A DNA stretch of 64,000 nucleotides from Gemmatimonadales bacterium (lineage in GTDB: Bacteria; Gemmatimonadota; Gemmatimonadetes; Gemmatimonadales; GWC2-71-9). The DNA lies in the NCBI GenBank assembly GCA_044869265.1, contig JBIOXD010000008.1, positions 7,081 through 71,080 of the forward strand. Direction: 5' to 3'. The position numbers were made by a program, and so were the translations under genes. Under the pieces are notes generated by a model, which did no database searches, was not told where the DNA came from, and was given only the letters and a program-made list of their open reading frames with translations. Below are positions 28,129-38,626 of the stretch, piece after piece (position 1 is the first letter of the stretch; every line of letters starts with the position of its first letter).

Positions 28129-29094
28129 ATGAAAGCGGCCGTCTGCCGCCGCTACGGCCCGCCCGACGTCATCGAGATCGCCGACGTGCCGCGCCCCAAG
28201 GTGCGCTCCAGAGACGTGCTCATCCGCCTGCGCGCAACCACCGTCAGCGCGGGCGACTGGCGCCTGCGCACCGGCACCGTCCCAGCGGGCTTCGGTCTGT
28301 TCCTGCGCGTGGCCGTCGGGTTCTCGGGCCCGCGGGACTCCATCTTCGGGAGCGAGATCGCGGGCGAGGTCGTGGCGGTCGGCGCGTCCGTGACGCGCTT
28401 CAAGGCCGGCGACAAGGTCTTCGCCTGCCGCATGGGCGGCTGCCACTCGGAGTACGTCGCGATCCCCGAGAACAACGTGTCGGCGATGCCGGCGAACCGC
28501 AGCTACGGCGAAGCCGCGGCGCTCACGTTCGGCGGCCTGACGGCGCTCACGTTTCTTCGCGACAAGGCCAAGATCCAACCCGGCGAGCGCGTCCTGATCA
28601 ACGGCGCGTCCGGGGCCGTCGGCTGCGCCGCCGTGCAGCTGGCCAAGTACTACAAGGCTGAGGTGACGGGCGTCTGCAGCGCGGCCAACGCGGAGCTGGT
28701 CAGATCGATCGGCGCCGACCGCGTGATCGACTATGCCAATGAAGATTTCGCCCAGGCGCGCGAGCGCTACGACATCATCTTCGACGCCGTCGGCAACTGC
28801 TCGTTCGCGCGCTGCAAGACGGCGCTCGCGCGGGGAGGCCGGCTCCTGCTCGCCGTCGGCACGCTGGGCCAGTTAATCGGAGCGATGATTCGACCGTCGC
28901 GAGCCGGCCGCAAGGTCTTCAGCGGGATCGCGCAGGTAAGCCCCGCGAGTCTCGATCTCCTGCGCCGCCTCGCAGAGTCCGGAGAATTCAAGACCGTCAT
29001 CGATCGCACGTATCCCTTCGCGCGCATCGCGGATGCCCACGCCCTCGTGGAGACGGGGCGCAAGAAGGGCAACGTCATCGTCACGCTCGAGTAG
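28129..29094 (+). CDS. zinc-type alcohol dehydrogenase / NADPH:quinone oxidoreductase family (MDR)
   Basis: MKAAVCRRYGPPDVIEIADVPRP N-terminus and the Rossmann motif LINGASGAVG. An alternative GTG at 28105 would overlap the permease stop. Confidence 0.85.
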   Translation: MKAAVCRRYGPPDVIEIADVPRPKVRSRDVLIRLRATTVSAGDWRLRTGTVPAGFGLFLRVAVGFSGPRDSIFGSEIAGEVVAVGASVTRFKAGDKVFACRMGGCHSEYVAIPENNVSAMPANRSYGEAAALTFGGLTALTFLRDKAKIQPGERVLINGASGAVGCAAVQLAKYYKAEVTGVCSAANAELVRSIGADRVIDYANEDFAQARERYDIIFDAVGNCSFARCKTALARGGRLLLAVGTLGQLIGAMIRPSRAGRKVFSGIAQVSPASLDLLRRLAESGEFKTVIDRTYPFARIADAHALVETGRKKGNVIVTLE

Positions 29095-29173
29095 GGTCAG
29101 CCTAAGGAAGACCGACTCCTCCGCCGCTCCCTTCCTCCGATGACTTGCGACACGGTGTTAAGATTCCCCCTCC

Positions 29174-30280
29174 ATGCAGCCTGTCATCGCGAAGGGCACC
29201 TGCTTCCCGATGTTCGCGTTCGAGGTGGCCCAGTCGATCGATCTCGACGCGGCGGAGCGCCGCCTGCTCGCCACCGTCGAGCGCCAGACCATCAAGTACA
29301 AGCGTCGCGCGCCGGCGTCGTTCGAGTACCGCCCCGCGCCGCTCCATGTCACGCGCGGCGGCGAGCCGCTGGACGTCGGCGGCCGCCGCACCATGCCGGG
29401 CGTCGAGGTCGTGCTGTACGATTTCGGCGCGCTGTCGGTCAGCTATGCGATCCCCCTCAACGGCGCGCTCAGCGATCTGCCCGGTCTGGCGGAGGCGTTG
29501 TGGGGCAACGAGGGCCTGGTAGCCGACGCCCGCCGCCACGTCGACGAGGTGCTCGCCGAGCTGGGGCCGGCCTGCGTGCGCCCCAAGGTCGCCGATTTCG
29601 TGGAGGACTACTCGATCTTTCACATCGAAGCGTTCACCACGCCGTGCGACGCCGCGCTGTTCTGGACGACGCACGCCCTGACGGTGGCCCAGGTGCTGCG
29701 CGCGGTGCCCCCCCCACACGCGCTCTCGCAACAGGAGATCGCTGAGGCCACGTCGGCGCGGCTCTCCTTCGGGCCGAACGACGCCACGATCATCGATACC
29801 GACGCCGCGATCCTGTTCGACCCGGAAGGGGAGGACGTGCGCGACGTAATCGAGTTCGCCAACACGCAGCTCCTCGAAATGCGCTATCTCGACCACGAGC
29901 TGGACGACGTCCTGGAACGCGCGTATGACCGGTTGCTCAAGCGCTCGCGCCGGCCATGGCTGCTGGGATCCGTCGGGCCCGATCTGCGCAGTCTCGCGCG
30001 CCTCGAGCTCGACGCCGCCATTCTGTTCGAGCAGGTCACGAACGCGCTGAAGCTGGTGGGCGATCAGTTTCTCGCGCGCGTGTACGCCCTGGCGTCCCGC
30101 CGTTTCCACCTCGGCGAATGGGACGCGAGCATCTCGCGGAAGCTCCAGACCATCGACGGGATCTACGCCAAGATGTCGGACCGCGCGGCGACGCTCCGCA
30201 TGGAGATGCTCGAGTGGATCATCATCCTGTTGTTCGTCGTGTCCATCGTTTTGTCGATCATCACTCTCGCGCCGCACTAG
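29174..30280 (+). CDS. hypothetical tail-anchored membrane protein, possibly RMD1/DUF155-like
   Basis: Soluble ~330-aa domain (VVLYDFGALSVSY), then a C-terminal TM MLEWIIILLFVVSIVLSII. The family assignment is from memory only. Confidence 0.5.
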   Translation: MQPVIAKGTCFPMFAFEVAQSIDLDAAERRLLATVERQTIKYKRRAPASFEYRPAPLHVTRGGEPLDVGGRRTMPGVEVVLYDFGALSVSYAIPLNGALSDLPGLAEALWGNEGLVADARRHVDEVLAELGPACVRPKVADFVEDYSIFHIEAFTTPCDAALFWTTHALTVAQVLRAVPPPHALSQQEIAEATSARLSFGPNDATIIDTDAAILFDPEGEDVRDVIEFANTQLLEMRYLDHELDDVLERAYDRLLKRSRRPWLLGSVGPDLRSLARLELDAAILFEQVTNALKLVGDQFLARVYALASRRFHLGEWDASISRKLQTIDGIYAKMSDRAATLRMEMLEWIIILLFVVSIVLSIITLAPH

Positions 30281-30341
30281 ACGGACACGCATCCCGGCGA
30301 GCGGTTGGAAGGGATAACCGCCACTCGCGCGTTGTGAGGCT

Positions 30342-30704
30342 CTATCGCAGCACTCCGGCCAACATCGCGATCGCGCCCACGGCTCCTACCCAGAATACGA
30401 ACGACCACTTGATCAAATCGCCAAAGCGGCGCTCGAGCCGTGTCTCTAGTCGGGCCATCTCTTCGTGCGTCTTGGCGAAGCCGACTTGCATCTCCTGGCG
30501 CAACTCGGCGATGTCCGCCCGCATGGTCGCGCGCAACTCGGCAAAATCCGCAGTTCCTGCATCCACTCGCTGGATCCAGTTCATGATTTCGAGAGCCGCC
30601 TCCTCACCAAGTGCCTGATGGAGCTTGCGGGACAGGTGTGGCGTGATAGGCACGGAGGGGTCTCCTGGTGCGGACACGCCGGAACGTAAACCTATGTTGC
30701 GCAT
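30342..30704 (-). CDS. small coiled-coil protein with C-terminal TM (DUF1640-like)
   Basis: ATG at 30704. LRATMRADIAELRQEMQVGFAKTHEEMARLETRLERRFGDLIKWSFVFWVGAVGAIAMLAG. The longer 31082 start is antisense to the neighbouring pseudogene. Confidence 0.5.
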   Translation of the reverse strand: MRNIGLRSGVSAPGDPSVPITPHLSRKLHQALGEEAALEIMNWIQRVDAGTADFAELRATMRADIAELRQEMQVGFAKTHEEMARLETRLERRFGDLIKWSFVFWVGAVGAIAMLAGVLR

Positions 30705-30763
30705 CCACAGAGAGCAATTTTTTCCCGGCAGAACCCAACAATCGCGCGACACTGGCGCGCGCT

Positions 30764-31392
30764 CTACATCCTGCGACGGTCTGCCAGCACGTGAAACGCT
30801 CCCGCCTCCAGTGGCCGCCCGTTGAGGAGTACCTCCACAACGTTGCGGCCGGGATGCGGTACGCGCGTGGCGTGTACCGCGAGCGAGAACGATGTGGTGA
30901 GATCTATCGCGCCCCCGGGCGGCAGCGTGATCCGCTGGAGCTTGAACACCTTGCGCGACGAGTCTCCTCGTGCCTTCACGAAGTGCACGGCGACATCGAC
31001 CAGGAGATCCTGCGGCGCGCGTGCCGTGCTGCACAGCGTGAAGCTCAGAAAAACGGCTCCATCCCGGCGCCCACGAGCTCATCGCCGGCGTGTTTGGGGC
31101 CGAGTGATCGCAAGAGGACCCTCACGGCGTCGGGATAGACGTTCGGCAGGCACTCCGCGAGCGCGCGCGCGATGTGCCGGCCGCGGTCCAGCAGCTCGAG
31201 CGCCGCGAGTCCCGTCGTCGCCCGCTTGACGAAGCGTTCCACCGGAAATGCCGGATGTGCGCGGACCAGGTCCGCGGCCATGCGGCGCACGAGCGACGCG
31301 AGAAGAATCGTTTGAGCGATACCGCCATGGCCGCGCTCGATCTCCGACCTGAAATAGAAAGGGCGGCGTGCGTTGTGCACCCGCCCTTTCAT
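30764..31392 (-). pseudogene. DNA alkylation repair protein (HEAT-repeat, COG4335-like) with internal deletion and frameshift
   Basis: N-terminal fragment (31045-31392: ...HPAFPVERFVKRATTGLAALELLDRGRHIARALAECLP...GAGMEPFF*) and C-terminal fragment in another frame (LSFTLCSTARAPQDLLVDVAVHFVKARGDSSRKVFKLQRITL...VEVLLNGR). The central HEAT repeats are absent. Confidence 0.5.
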
Positions 31393-31415
31393 ACGCCAAC
31401 AACCGACTACGTCGT

Positions 31416-32342
31416 CTAGAACCGCAGCTGTAACTGCGCGATCGCGCGGTTATTCGGGATCGATCCGCTTTCTTCGTTCACGATCGAGTACGTCGTCTGC
31501 AGCTTGACGTTCTCACCGCGCAGCATCCACTGCGCTCCGCCCGTGATGGCCATGTCGCGGTCACCGGTGTTCGTGTCGTCCGGGTCGAACTGCTCCACGC
31601 GTCCGACGATCTGCCACCGGCTGCGGTGGGGGGTGAACCCGCCGAACACATACCAGCCGGCGGCCTTAACGCCTGTCCCGGTCCCGGTCGTGCGCTGGAT
31701 GTACTCACCGCGCAGCTCGATGTTCTTATGTGTGTAGCCTGCCTCGGCGCCGAGGTAGTCCTCGTTCTCTTCCGTACCTGCCCCAGCGCCGATCTGGAAG
31801 CCGCCCTGGAGGTTGATCACGCCGCGCGCGACGAACAACAGCTTGTTGTTGTTGTTGGTGGTGCGGTTCATACCTTCGCCGTTGAACAACCCACCCTGCA
31901 ACACCACGCGCCGGATTCCGCGAAACTCGGCCTTGGCACCGATGTCACGATTCGGCGCGAGCGCGTCGACAACCATCGGAAGCTCGGGGATCTCCGTCTC
32001 GTATTCGTTCTGCAGAAATCCTGACGAGAACGGCGTCTTGCTCTGCCCGAGCACGAACGTCCACCGCTTGTCGGTGAGTTGAACGTACGCGTCCAGCAGC
32101 GAAACCGTGCCGCCGCTGCCGCTTCGCCATTCCGTCAGCAGGCGGTAGTCCGCCCACGACGTGGCCTGGCCTTGCAGCCCCACGCGTGCGCGCCGCAGAT
32201 AGAACACTGCGGAGTCATCGGTCATTTCGGAACGGGGCTGGAGATAACCGTCGAACCGCACGGTTGTCTGCCCCTCCGCGGCCAGCTGGGAGCAAACGAA
32301 AGCCATGACGACGGGAATGGCCGCACCCACGCGCTTGATCAT
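31416..32342 (-). CDS. phosphate-selective porin O/P-family outer-membrane porin
   Basis: ATG at 32342 with signal peptide MIKRVGAAIPVVMAFVCSQLAAEG, then VRFDGYLQPR...FYLRRARVGLQG and the C-terminus ...AIAQLQLRF. The 32693 start runs through the palindromic repeat and is an artefact. Confidence 0.8.
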   Translation of the reverse strand: MIKRVGAAIPVVMAFVCSQLAAEGQTTVRFDGYLQPRSEMTDDSAVFYLRRARVGLQGQATSWADYRLLTEWRSGSGGTVSLLDAYVQLTDKRWTFVLGQSKTPFSSGFLQNEYETEIPELPMVVDALAPNRDIGAKAEFRGIRRVVLQGGLFNGEGMNRTTNNNNKLLFVARGVINLQGGFQIGAGAGTEENEDYLGAEAGYTHKNIELRGEYIQRTTGTGTGVKAAGWYVFGGFTPHRSRWQIVGRVEQFDPDDTNTGDRDMAITGGAQWMLRGENVKLQTTYSIVNEESGSIPNNRAIAQLQLRF

Positions 32343-32463
32343 CGTATCCACCTTGTGAGTGTTGGTTGATCGGGAGGGCGCGACCCGCAGGGGGACAAGT
32401 GTAGGAAACCAGGCGCTGGGGGGTGTGAGGAACGTCACTTCGTGGTGGGGCGGATACGTAACT

Positions 32464-32534
32464 GTACTAGGGCCTTGGGCCTGGGGCCTGGGGCCTGGAC
32501 CAGGCCCTAGGCCCCAGGCCCTAGGCCCTAGTAC
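32464..32534. repeat. 71-nt palindrome built from GGGCCTN heptamers (hairpin and G-quadruplex-capable), overlapping the DinB-like stop codon
   Basis: GTACTAGGGCCTTGGGCCTGGGGCCTGGGGCCTGG-A-CCAGGCCCTAGGCCCCAGGCCCTAGGCCCTAGTAC. The 32-nt core arms have 2 mismatches, and each strand has four G3-4 runs spaced 3-4 nt apart. Confidence 0.85.
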
Positions 32535-33033
32535 GTCGCTGCCGTATCGCGCCCAAATGATAGGCCGCGTGCGCGATCGCGCCGAACGCGATGCCGAGCG
32601 CTTCCTCGTCCCAGGTCGCGTGAGACATGACCGCCACCACGAAGCTATCGTACTCTCTCCGCACGCCTGCCCGCAGGGCCGACCACGCCGCATCGTCCAC
32701 GGTGGACGTCCAGGTCCCGCTGCGATCGCGTGACGTCGCGCCCTCGCGCAATGCTTGCCTCGAGAGGGCGAGCGCCGAGCTCAGGTGGTGGACGTGGCCC
32801 GCGATAGTCGTGTTGTTCGGTCCGCCTCTCTCGGATGCCTGGACGGCGTTCAGCTCGCCGATAGTCCCAAACACACCGGTGCCGGGCGCTGTCTCGATGA
32901 AGTAGGTCCACGGCCCCGGAGGCCCCTCGAAGGCTTCCCTGAGCATTCTCGTCACGAGATTCACCGTCACAGCATGCGGTGTAGCCCTCGATGTGCGTGC
33001 AACCACGGTCGACCTCCGGCGAGGGGCGTTCAC
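32521..33033 (-). CDS. DinB-family (DinB_2-like) metal-dependent protein
   Basis: His triad context (AGHVHHLSSAL...; C-terminal AIAHAAYHLGAIRQ) typical of the DinB four-helix bundle. The GTG start overlaps the upstream stop (GTGA). Confidence 0.7.
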   Translation of the reverse strand: MNAPRRRSTVVARTSRATPHAVTVNLVTRMLREAFEGPPGPWTYFIETAPGTGVFGTIGELNAVQASERGGPNNTTIAGHVHHLSSALALSRQALREGATSRDRSGTWTSTVDDAAWSALRAGVRREYDSFVVAVMSHATWDEEALGIAFGAIAHAAYHLGAIRQRRTRA

Positions 33034-34340
33034 GTCCGCGGCTTGGGGCGACCGCGGTAGCGCGTATAGAGCTGCAGGTGCTTGTTGTCGAGACTCACGT
33101 CGCGCCCGGCGATGACGACGTGCTTCACCTGTGTGCGGATTTCGAGCGGGTCGCCGTCGGTCACGATAATGTTCGCGAGCTTGCCCACCTCGATCGTGCC
33201 GACCCGATCGGCCACGCCGAGGATCTCCGCCGGATAGATCGTGATCGCCTTGAGCGCGTCCTCCGTCGGAAGTCCGAACGATACGGTGCTGGCCGCTTCG
33301 TACGGCAGCGTTCGGGAATCTTCGGAGTTGAACGTCGCGATCGCGAACTGCACGCCGGCCTGCTTCAGCAGTCCGGGCGCGGCGTACCGCTCATCGTATC
33401 CCGCGTCCGTGCCCGGCACCTCCTGACTGGGGCCGAGGATCACGGGCACGTGCTTCTCAGCGAGCAGCGTGCGCACTTTGTACGCCTCATTGCCGCCGAT
33501 GATGATGATTTTCACGCGCTGCCGCTCAGCCCATGCGACGGCGTCCCGAATTTCCCGCTCAGGGTCAACGGCGATCAGCAGCGGCAGCTCGCCGCGCGTC
33601 GCGCGCGCGAGCGCCTCGAGCTTCAGGTCACGGGGCAGCCGCTCGCCCGCCTTGACCGCCGTGTCGTAGCGCCGCGCGTCGCCGATCCAGCCGTCGAGGC
33701 GCCGCACCTGCTCGTCGTACTGCTTCTTGATCTCGCGGAACGGCCGGGGGGCCGTAGCGCCGCCCCCACCTCCGCCCCCACCACCGCCGAAACCACCGGT
33801 CGCCGCGAGACGCGGCCAGAGGAGCGTGAAGCCCACCGATGGCACGACCTGCATGTCCTCGATCGTCCAGCCGTCGAGGTCGATCAGCGTCGCCTGGCCG
33901 CCGATGCCGGCGGGCCGCGGTTGCGGCGCGGTGACGGCGTGCGTGACGCCGTTGGCGCGCGTCACGGGAATATGCTCGCTGGCGGGGTGCACCGCCGTCG
34001 CCGCAATGAGGTGAGGATTGAACTCGCCGAGCTCCTGCATGTCCGCCGTCACGACGACCTGGCCGATTTCCGTCAGGCCGAGGCGCGTGACAGCGTCGAA
34101 CAACCCGGGATAGACGTGCAGCCCGGCCGCATCCACGACCGGGACGCCGGCGGGTACGGAGACCGCAGCGCCCACCGCCGTGATCTTGCCGTTCTGCACG
34201 ACGATCGTGCCGTTTTCGATGACCGGCCCGGCGAGAGTGTGCACCGTGCCGCCGCGGATGGCGACGTTTTGGGCGGCGACCGGGCGGGGCGCGGCGGCGA
34301 CGAGGCCTAGAGCCACCGATATCAGGTGTGCGCGGTTCAT
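33030..34340 (-). CDS. exported amidohydrolase-family protein
   Basis: ATG at 34340 (ATGA overlap with the upstream gene). Signal peptide [35 protein letters not shown]...NGKITAVG...[16 protein letters not shown] is the N-terminal composite-domain signature. Contains an internal poly-Gly run [14 protein letters not shown]. Confidence 0.8.
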   Translation of the reverse strand: MNRAHLISVALGLVAAAPRPVAAQNVAIRGGTVHTLAGPVIENGTIVVQNGKITAVGAAVSVPAGVPVVDAAGLHVYPGLFDAVTRLGLTEIGQVVVTADMQELGEFNPHLIAATAVHPASEHIPVTRANGVTHAVTAPQPRPAGIGGQATLIDLDGWTIEDMQVVPSVGFTLLWPRLAATGGFGGGGGGGGGGATAPRPFREIKKQYDEQVRRLDGWIGDARRYDTAVKAGERLPRDLKLEALARATRGELPLLIAVDPEREIRDAVAWAERQRVKIIIIGGNEAYKVRTLLAEKHVPVILGPSQEVPGTDAGYDERYAAPGLLKQAGVQFAIATFNSEDSRTLPYEAASTVSFGLPTEDALKAITIYPAEILGVADRVGTIEVGKLANIIVTDGDPLEIRTQVKHVVIAGRDVSLDNKHLQLYTRYRGRPKPRT

Positions 34341-37105
34341 GGACGATCCCTCCCCTCCTGTGGCAGCGCCTCGGTCGTGGTGACGCGCGGCCGCTCGGGC
34401 GTGGTGCCGCGCTCTTTGTCGAGCAGCGCCCGCTTCTCCTGCTCGAGCGCCTGGCGCCGCGCCAGGTCGGCCTGTCGATCGAAGTAGACCTGCCCGTCGA
34501 TGAGCGTCGTTTCGACGCGGCTGAATACGCTCAACGGGTGGTTCGTGTAGATGACGAGGTCGGCGTCTTTGCCGACGTCGATCGATCCGATGCGGTTCGC
34601 CACGCCGAGCTGCAGCGCGGGGTTCAAGGTGACGAGCTTCAGCGCTTCGGTCTCCGAGAGCCCGCCGTACTTCACCGCCTTCGCCGCTTCTTGATTGAGG
34701 TGGCGCATCTCTTCGCGACTGTCGGAGTTGATCGACACCACGACCCCGCGCTCGGTCATCAGCGCGGCGTTGTAGGGAATGGCGTCGTAGGCTTCGACTT
34801 TGTACGCCCACCAGTCGGAGAACGTCGAGGCGCCGGCGCCGTGCCGCGCGAGCTCGTCCGCCACCTTGTAGCCCTCGAGCACGTGTTGGAACGTCGCGAT
34901 CTTGAACTTGAACTCCTCGGCGAGCCGAATGAGCTGGAGGATCTCATCGGCGCGGTAGGAGTGCGCGTGCACCAGTCGCTTGCCGTCGAGGATTTCCGCC
35001 AGCGTCTCGAGCTTCAGGTCGCGCCGCGGCGGAATCGCGGGGCGCTTGGTCTTACGCGCCGCCTCGTAGTCGCGCCACTGGCGCTGGTACTCGCGGGCCT
35101 CGAGGAACGCTTCCCGGATCACGTCCTGTACGCCCATGCGCGTGGCGGGATAGCGGTCGGGCTCGCGGTCGCGCTTGGTGTTTTCGCCGAGTGCGAACTT
35201 GATCCCCGGGGGCGCGCCCTGCAGCAGCAGGCCGGCCGCGTCGGAGCCCCAGCGCATCTTGAGGACCGCGTTGCGGCCACCGATGGGGTTCGCGCTGCCG
35301 TGCAGGATGTTGGCCGACGTGACCCCGCCCGCCGCCGCCCCGTAGATCGCAGGGTCGTCAGGGTTGATCACATCCTCGATCCCGACCATCGCCGACACCG
35401 CCACCGCGCCCTCGTTCACCGCGTCCGTCGCGATGTGCGAATGCGCGTCGATGATCCCCGGCATCACGTACTTCCCGGTGGCATCGATCACCTGCGCGTC
35501 GGCGGGCGCCGTGACGTTCGCGCCTACCGCAGCGATTTTGCCGTCCCGGACCAGGATCGAGCCGCGCTCGATCGTACCCTTCGTGACGGTGAGGATGGTG
35601 GCATTGCGGATCAGCGTGGTGCGCGCGGTCCGCACCGGCCCGCGATCATTGACCATGGGCACTGGTGGACCCGGCGGCGTCGTGTCGGCGCGGCGCGCGT
35701 TCCCTCGACTTTCGCCGGAACTCCCGCCTCCGCCGGCCGCCTGCGTCTCCGCGGCCACCGGTTCAAATTTGCGGCCGTCCACGAAGACGTACTTCACGCG
35801 GGGGCGTGCGTCGAACAGCTCGCCCTCCGTGACGACGAAGTTTGCGATCTTGCCGACGTCGAGCGTGCCGACGCGGTCGGCCACGCCGAAAATCTCGGCG
35901 GGCGTCACCGTGAGCGCCCGGAGCGCGCCGTCGGCGGTCAGGCCGAGGGCGATGGCCTTGCGGACGTTGGTCAGCACGTCGCGCGGATCGGAGATGCGGC
36001 CGGAATAAAACGCGAAGCGGACGCCGGCCTTCTCGAGCTCACCGGGCGTGGTGGGCGCGCGGTCGCGGAAGCGCAACGTCGCCAGCGGCACGTCGGCGTC
36101 GGGGTCGCCGTCCTTGTCGCGCACCGGCCAATCGACGTTCACGAGCACCGGCGCGCCCGCGCGGGCTACCACGCTCGGGATGCGGTACCCCTCCTGCAGC
36201 CCGTACACCACGGGCACCGTGCCCGCCTCCCGCGCGATGGCGTAGGCGCGCTCGACTTCCTTGGCGAGGTTGCCGGGGAAGAGCACAGGGCGGCGCGCCT
36301 TGAGCGCGTCGCGCAGCGGCTCGAGGGCGCGGTCGTACTCCGGCCGCACCAGGCCCGCGGGCTTCGCCTGATAGATCGTCCAGGCCTGGTCGTACTGGTG
36401 GGCGTCGAAGAACGCCTGCTTGATGTAGGCGATCGCCCCCATCAAGGAGTTGGGATAGCCGCGATGATCCGGCCCGCCCTGGAGATTCACGCGCAGCGCG
36501 ACTGGTGTGCGTACCACCATGTCGTTGGCGCGCTCGCCCGCGAGGTTCACGAACGCCGCTTGGCCGGGGAAGAAGCCGCGCTCGGGCGTCACGACCGCCG
36601 ATGTGAATCCGGCGTTGCGCCACGAGGTCACGCGCTCGTCGGTCGCGCCAAGCTGGTCTGCTCCGCTGAGCCACGACGTCGTGGCCGGCCGGTCCTGCGG
36701 GCCCCATGAATACGGCGGCTGGGACGCTTGCTGACCACTCTGACCGCCTTGACCGCCTTGAGCGCTTTGACCGGCGGGCCGAGGTTCCGGAATGCGCAGC
36801 GAGGCAGGCAGCCCGACCGTTGAGAGCGCGTCGATGAGCCCGGGGTAGACGGTGAGGCCGGCGCCGTCGATCACCCACGCGCCGGCCGGGGCCGTCACAC
36901 TGGGGCCCACGGCGGCGATCAGGCCGTCCTTGAAAACGATGGTGCCGCGCGCGATGGTGCGACCGGGCGCGGCGACGATGCGGACGTTCGTGATCGCGTA
37001 ATGCGACGGCGCGGGCTGGTTCGGCGCGACCGCCTGCGCGAGCGCGCCCGCGGAACCCAACGCGGCCGCGGCGAGTGCGGTACTGGTCACCTTGAAGACC
37101 GACAT
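34337..37105 (-). CDS. large exported protein with two amidohydrolase-type modules
   Basis: ATG at 37105. Signal peptide [25 protein letters not shown]. Two copies of the ...DG.IAAVG....P....VIDA.G..V.PG.IDA motif, the second followed by the HxH metal site (IIDAHSHIA). Contains a GQ-rich linker [16 protein letters not shown]. Confidence 0.8.
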   Translation of the reverse strand: MSVFKVTSTALAAAALGSAGALAQAVAPNQPAPSHYAITNVRIVAAPGRTIARGTIVFKDGLIAAVGPSVTAPAGAWVIDGAGLTVYPGLIDALSTVGLPASLRIPEPRPAGQSAQGGQGGQSGQQASQPPYSWGPQDRPATTSWLSGADQLGATDERVTSWRNAGFTSAVVTPERGFFPGQAAFVNLAGERANDMVVRTPVALRVNLQGGPDHRGYPNSLMGAIAYIKQAFFDAHQYDQAWTIYQAKPAGLVRPEYDRALEPLRDALKARRPVLFPGNLAKEVERAYAIAREAGTVPVVYGLQEGYRIPSVVARAGAPVLVNVDWPVRDKDGDPDADVPLATLRFRDRAPTTPGELEKAGVRFAFYSGRISDPRDVLTNVRKAIALGLTADGALRALTVTPAEIFGVADRVGTLDVGKIANFVVTEGELFDARPRVKYVFVDGRKFEPVAAETQAAGGGGSSGESRGNARRADTTPPGPPVPMVNDRGPVRTARTTLIRNATILTVTKGTIERGSILVRDGKIAAVGANVTAPADAQVIDATGKYVMPGIIDAHSHIATDAVNEGAVAVSAMVGIEDVINPDDPAIYGAAAGGVTSANILHGSANPIGGRNAVLKMRWGSDAAGLLLQGAPPGIKFALGENTKRDREPDRYPATRMGVQDVIREAFLEAREYQRQWRDYEAARKTKRPAIPPRRDLKLETLAEILDGKRLVHAHSYRADEILQLIRLAEEFKFKIATFQHVLEGYKVADELARHGAGASTFSDWWAYKVEAYDAIPYNAALMTERGVVVSINSDSREEMRHLNQEAAKAVKYGGLSETEALKLVTLNPALQLGVANRIGSIDVGKDADLVIYTNHPLSVFSRVETTLIDGQVYFDRQADLARRQALEQEKRALLDKERGTTPERPRVTTTEALPQEGRDRP

Positions 37106-37341
37106 GGAGAGATCCTCCAAAACGAAACATGGACCACAGCGAGAGGATTTGACGTTACACTGCGCCGGGCGGAGCACAAGACGGGGCCGACGTTGCGGCG
37201 GTCGATCGCGGCCTTGGCGGTGAACGCGAGGCGATCGTTGCCCCAGGGGTCCGTTGAAGTCAGCCTCCGCACTTGTCACGGTGCTATCACCGCTCATCTT
37301 CTTCGAATCTGCGAGGCAGAGACGACCCGCGAGGAGCGTGT

Positions 37342-38007
37342 ATGAGCGCGCCGACCTTTGTGCCCCTGACGACCTATGTCGAGCATCCGCCAGAGGTGAT
37401 GCGGCGCCGGGCAGCGGATTTTCGTGCTGCGCTGGAGCGGCGCCGCACCGTGCGGCAGTTCTCGGATCGTCCGGTGCCGCGAGAGATCATCGAGGAGTGC
37501 CTCCGGGCCGCGGGAACCGCACCGTCTGGCGCGAATATGCAGCCGTGGCACTTCGTCGCGGTGAGTGATCCGGCGCTCAAGCGAAGGATTCGTGAACGCG
37601 CAGAAGCGGAGGAGCGGCGCTTCTACGCCACGGCGCCCGAGGAGTGGCTCGCCGCGCTCGCCGTGCTCGGCACCGACGAAAACAAGCCGTACCTCGAGAC
37701 GGCCCCGTACGTGATCGCCGTCTTCGCGCAGCGCTACGGGGTGACACCGTCGGGCAGTCGCGTCATCCACTATTACGTACAAGAGTCGGTGGGGATCGCG
37801 GTTGGTCTACTGATCGCCGCGGTGCATAACGCGGGGCTGGTCTCGCTGACCCACACGCCCAGCCCGATGGGATTTCTCAACGGTATCCTCGGCCGGCCGT
37901 CGCACGAGCGGCCGATGCTCCTGCTGGTCGTGGGCTACCCAGCCGCCGACGCCGTCGTGCCGACCATCGCCAAGAAAAGGCTCGGAGAGATCGCGACCTT
38001 CGTCTGA
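37342..38007 (+). CDS. nitroreductase-family flavoprotein (iodotyrosine-deiodinase-like subgroup)
   Basis: [41 protein letters not shown] is the classic nitroreductase N-terminal motif. ATG at 37342. Confidence 0.85.
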   Translation: MSAPTFVPLTTYVEHPPEVMRRRAADFRAALERRRTVRQFSDRPVPREIIEECLRAAGTAPSGANMQPWHFVAVSDPALKRRIRERAEAEERRFYATAPEEWLAALAVLGTDENKPYLETAPYVIAVFAQRYGVTPSGSRVIHYYVQESVGIAVGLLIAAVHNAGLVSLTHTPSPMGFLNGILGRPSHERPMLLLVVGYPAADAVVPTIAKKRLGEIATFV

Positions 38008-38056
38008 TCGGGGCTGAGCCTTCGCCCTCACCAGGGGATGATTCCACCAGCTTCCG

Positions 38057-38626
38057 GTGTCTCATCCTATACCCCCGATGGAGTCACCGCGCCCAACGCT
38101 TGAACAGCTCCTCGACGCCCATCTGGACGCGCTCTACCGCACGGCGCTCCGTCTGTGCCGCGGTCGAACGGCGGATGCCGAAGACCTGGTGCACGACGCC
38201 GTGGCGCGCGCGGTCGAGGGGTATGCCGAGCTGCGCGACCCCGCGGCGGGCCGGTCGTGGCTGTTCACGATCCTCGTACGCACGCACCTGAACCGTGATC
38301 GGACGCGCCGGCGGCGTCGAGAGTCCCTGGCGGTGGATTTGTCCGAGGCCGCGTTCGAGGACGCCCTGGCCAATTGGCGTCCGGCGCGGTCGCCGCTCGA
38401 TGACGCGGCCCGAACAGATGTGCGTGACCGAGTGATCGCCGCGCTGCATCGCGTCGACGACGCGTATCGCACCGTGGTGTGGCTGGTCGACGCTGAAGAG
38501 TGGAGGCTCCGAGACGTAGCAGAGCTGCTCGACGTGCCCGAGGGCACGGTAGCGTCGCGACTGTATCGTGGTCGCCAAGCGTTGAAGGCGGCACTCGAGA
38601 GACGCGAAGGAGACATGACGGCATGA
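38057..38626 (+). CDS. ECF-type RNA polymerase sigma-70 factor
   Basis: Region 2 (DAEDLVHDAVARA...WLFTILVRTHLNR) and region 4 (VVWLVDAEEWRLRDVAELLDVPEGTVASRLYRGRQAL). The start is uncertain (GTG 38057 or ATG 38078). Confidence 0.88.
   Translation: MSHPIPPMESPRPTLEQLLDAHLDALYRTALRLCRGRTADAEDLVHDAVARAVEGYAELRDPAAGRSWLFTILVRTHLNRDRTRRRRRESLAVDLSEAAFEDALANWRPARSPLDDAARTDVRDRVIAALHRVDDAYRTVVWLVDAEEWRLRDVAELLDVPEGTVASRLYRGRQALKAALERREGDMTA

Noticed and set aside
32343-32693. N-terminal extension of the porin ORF (GLGPGPGPRPQAQGPS...)
   Set aside because: The extension is translated through the GGGCCTN palindrome and overlaps the DinB-like gene. A proper signal peptide begins at the ATG at 32342.
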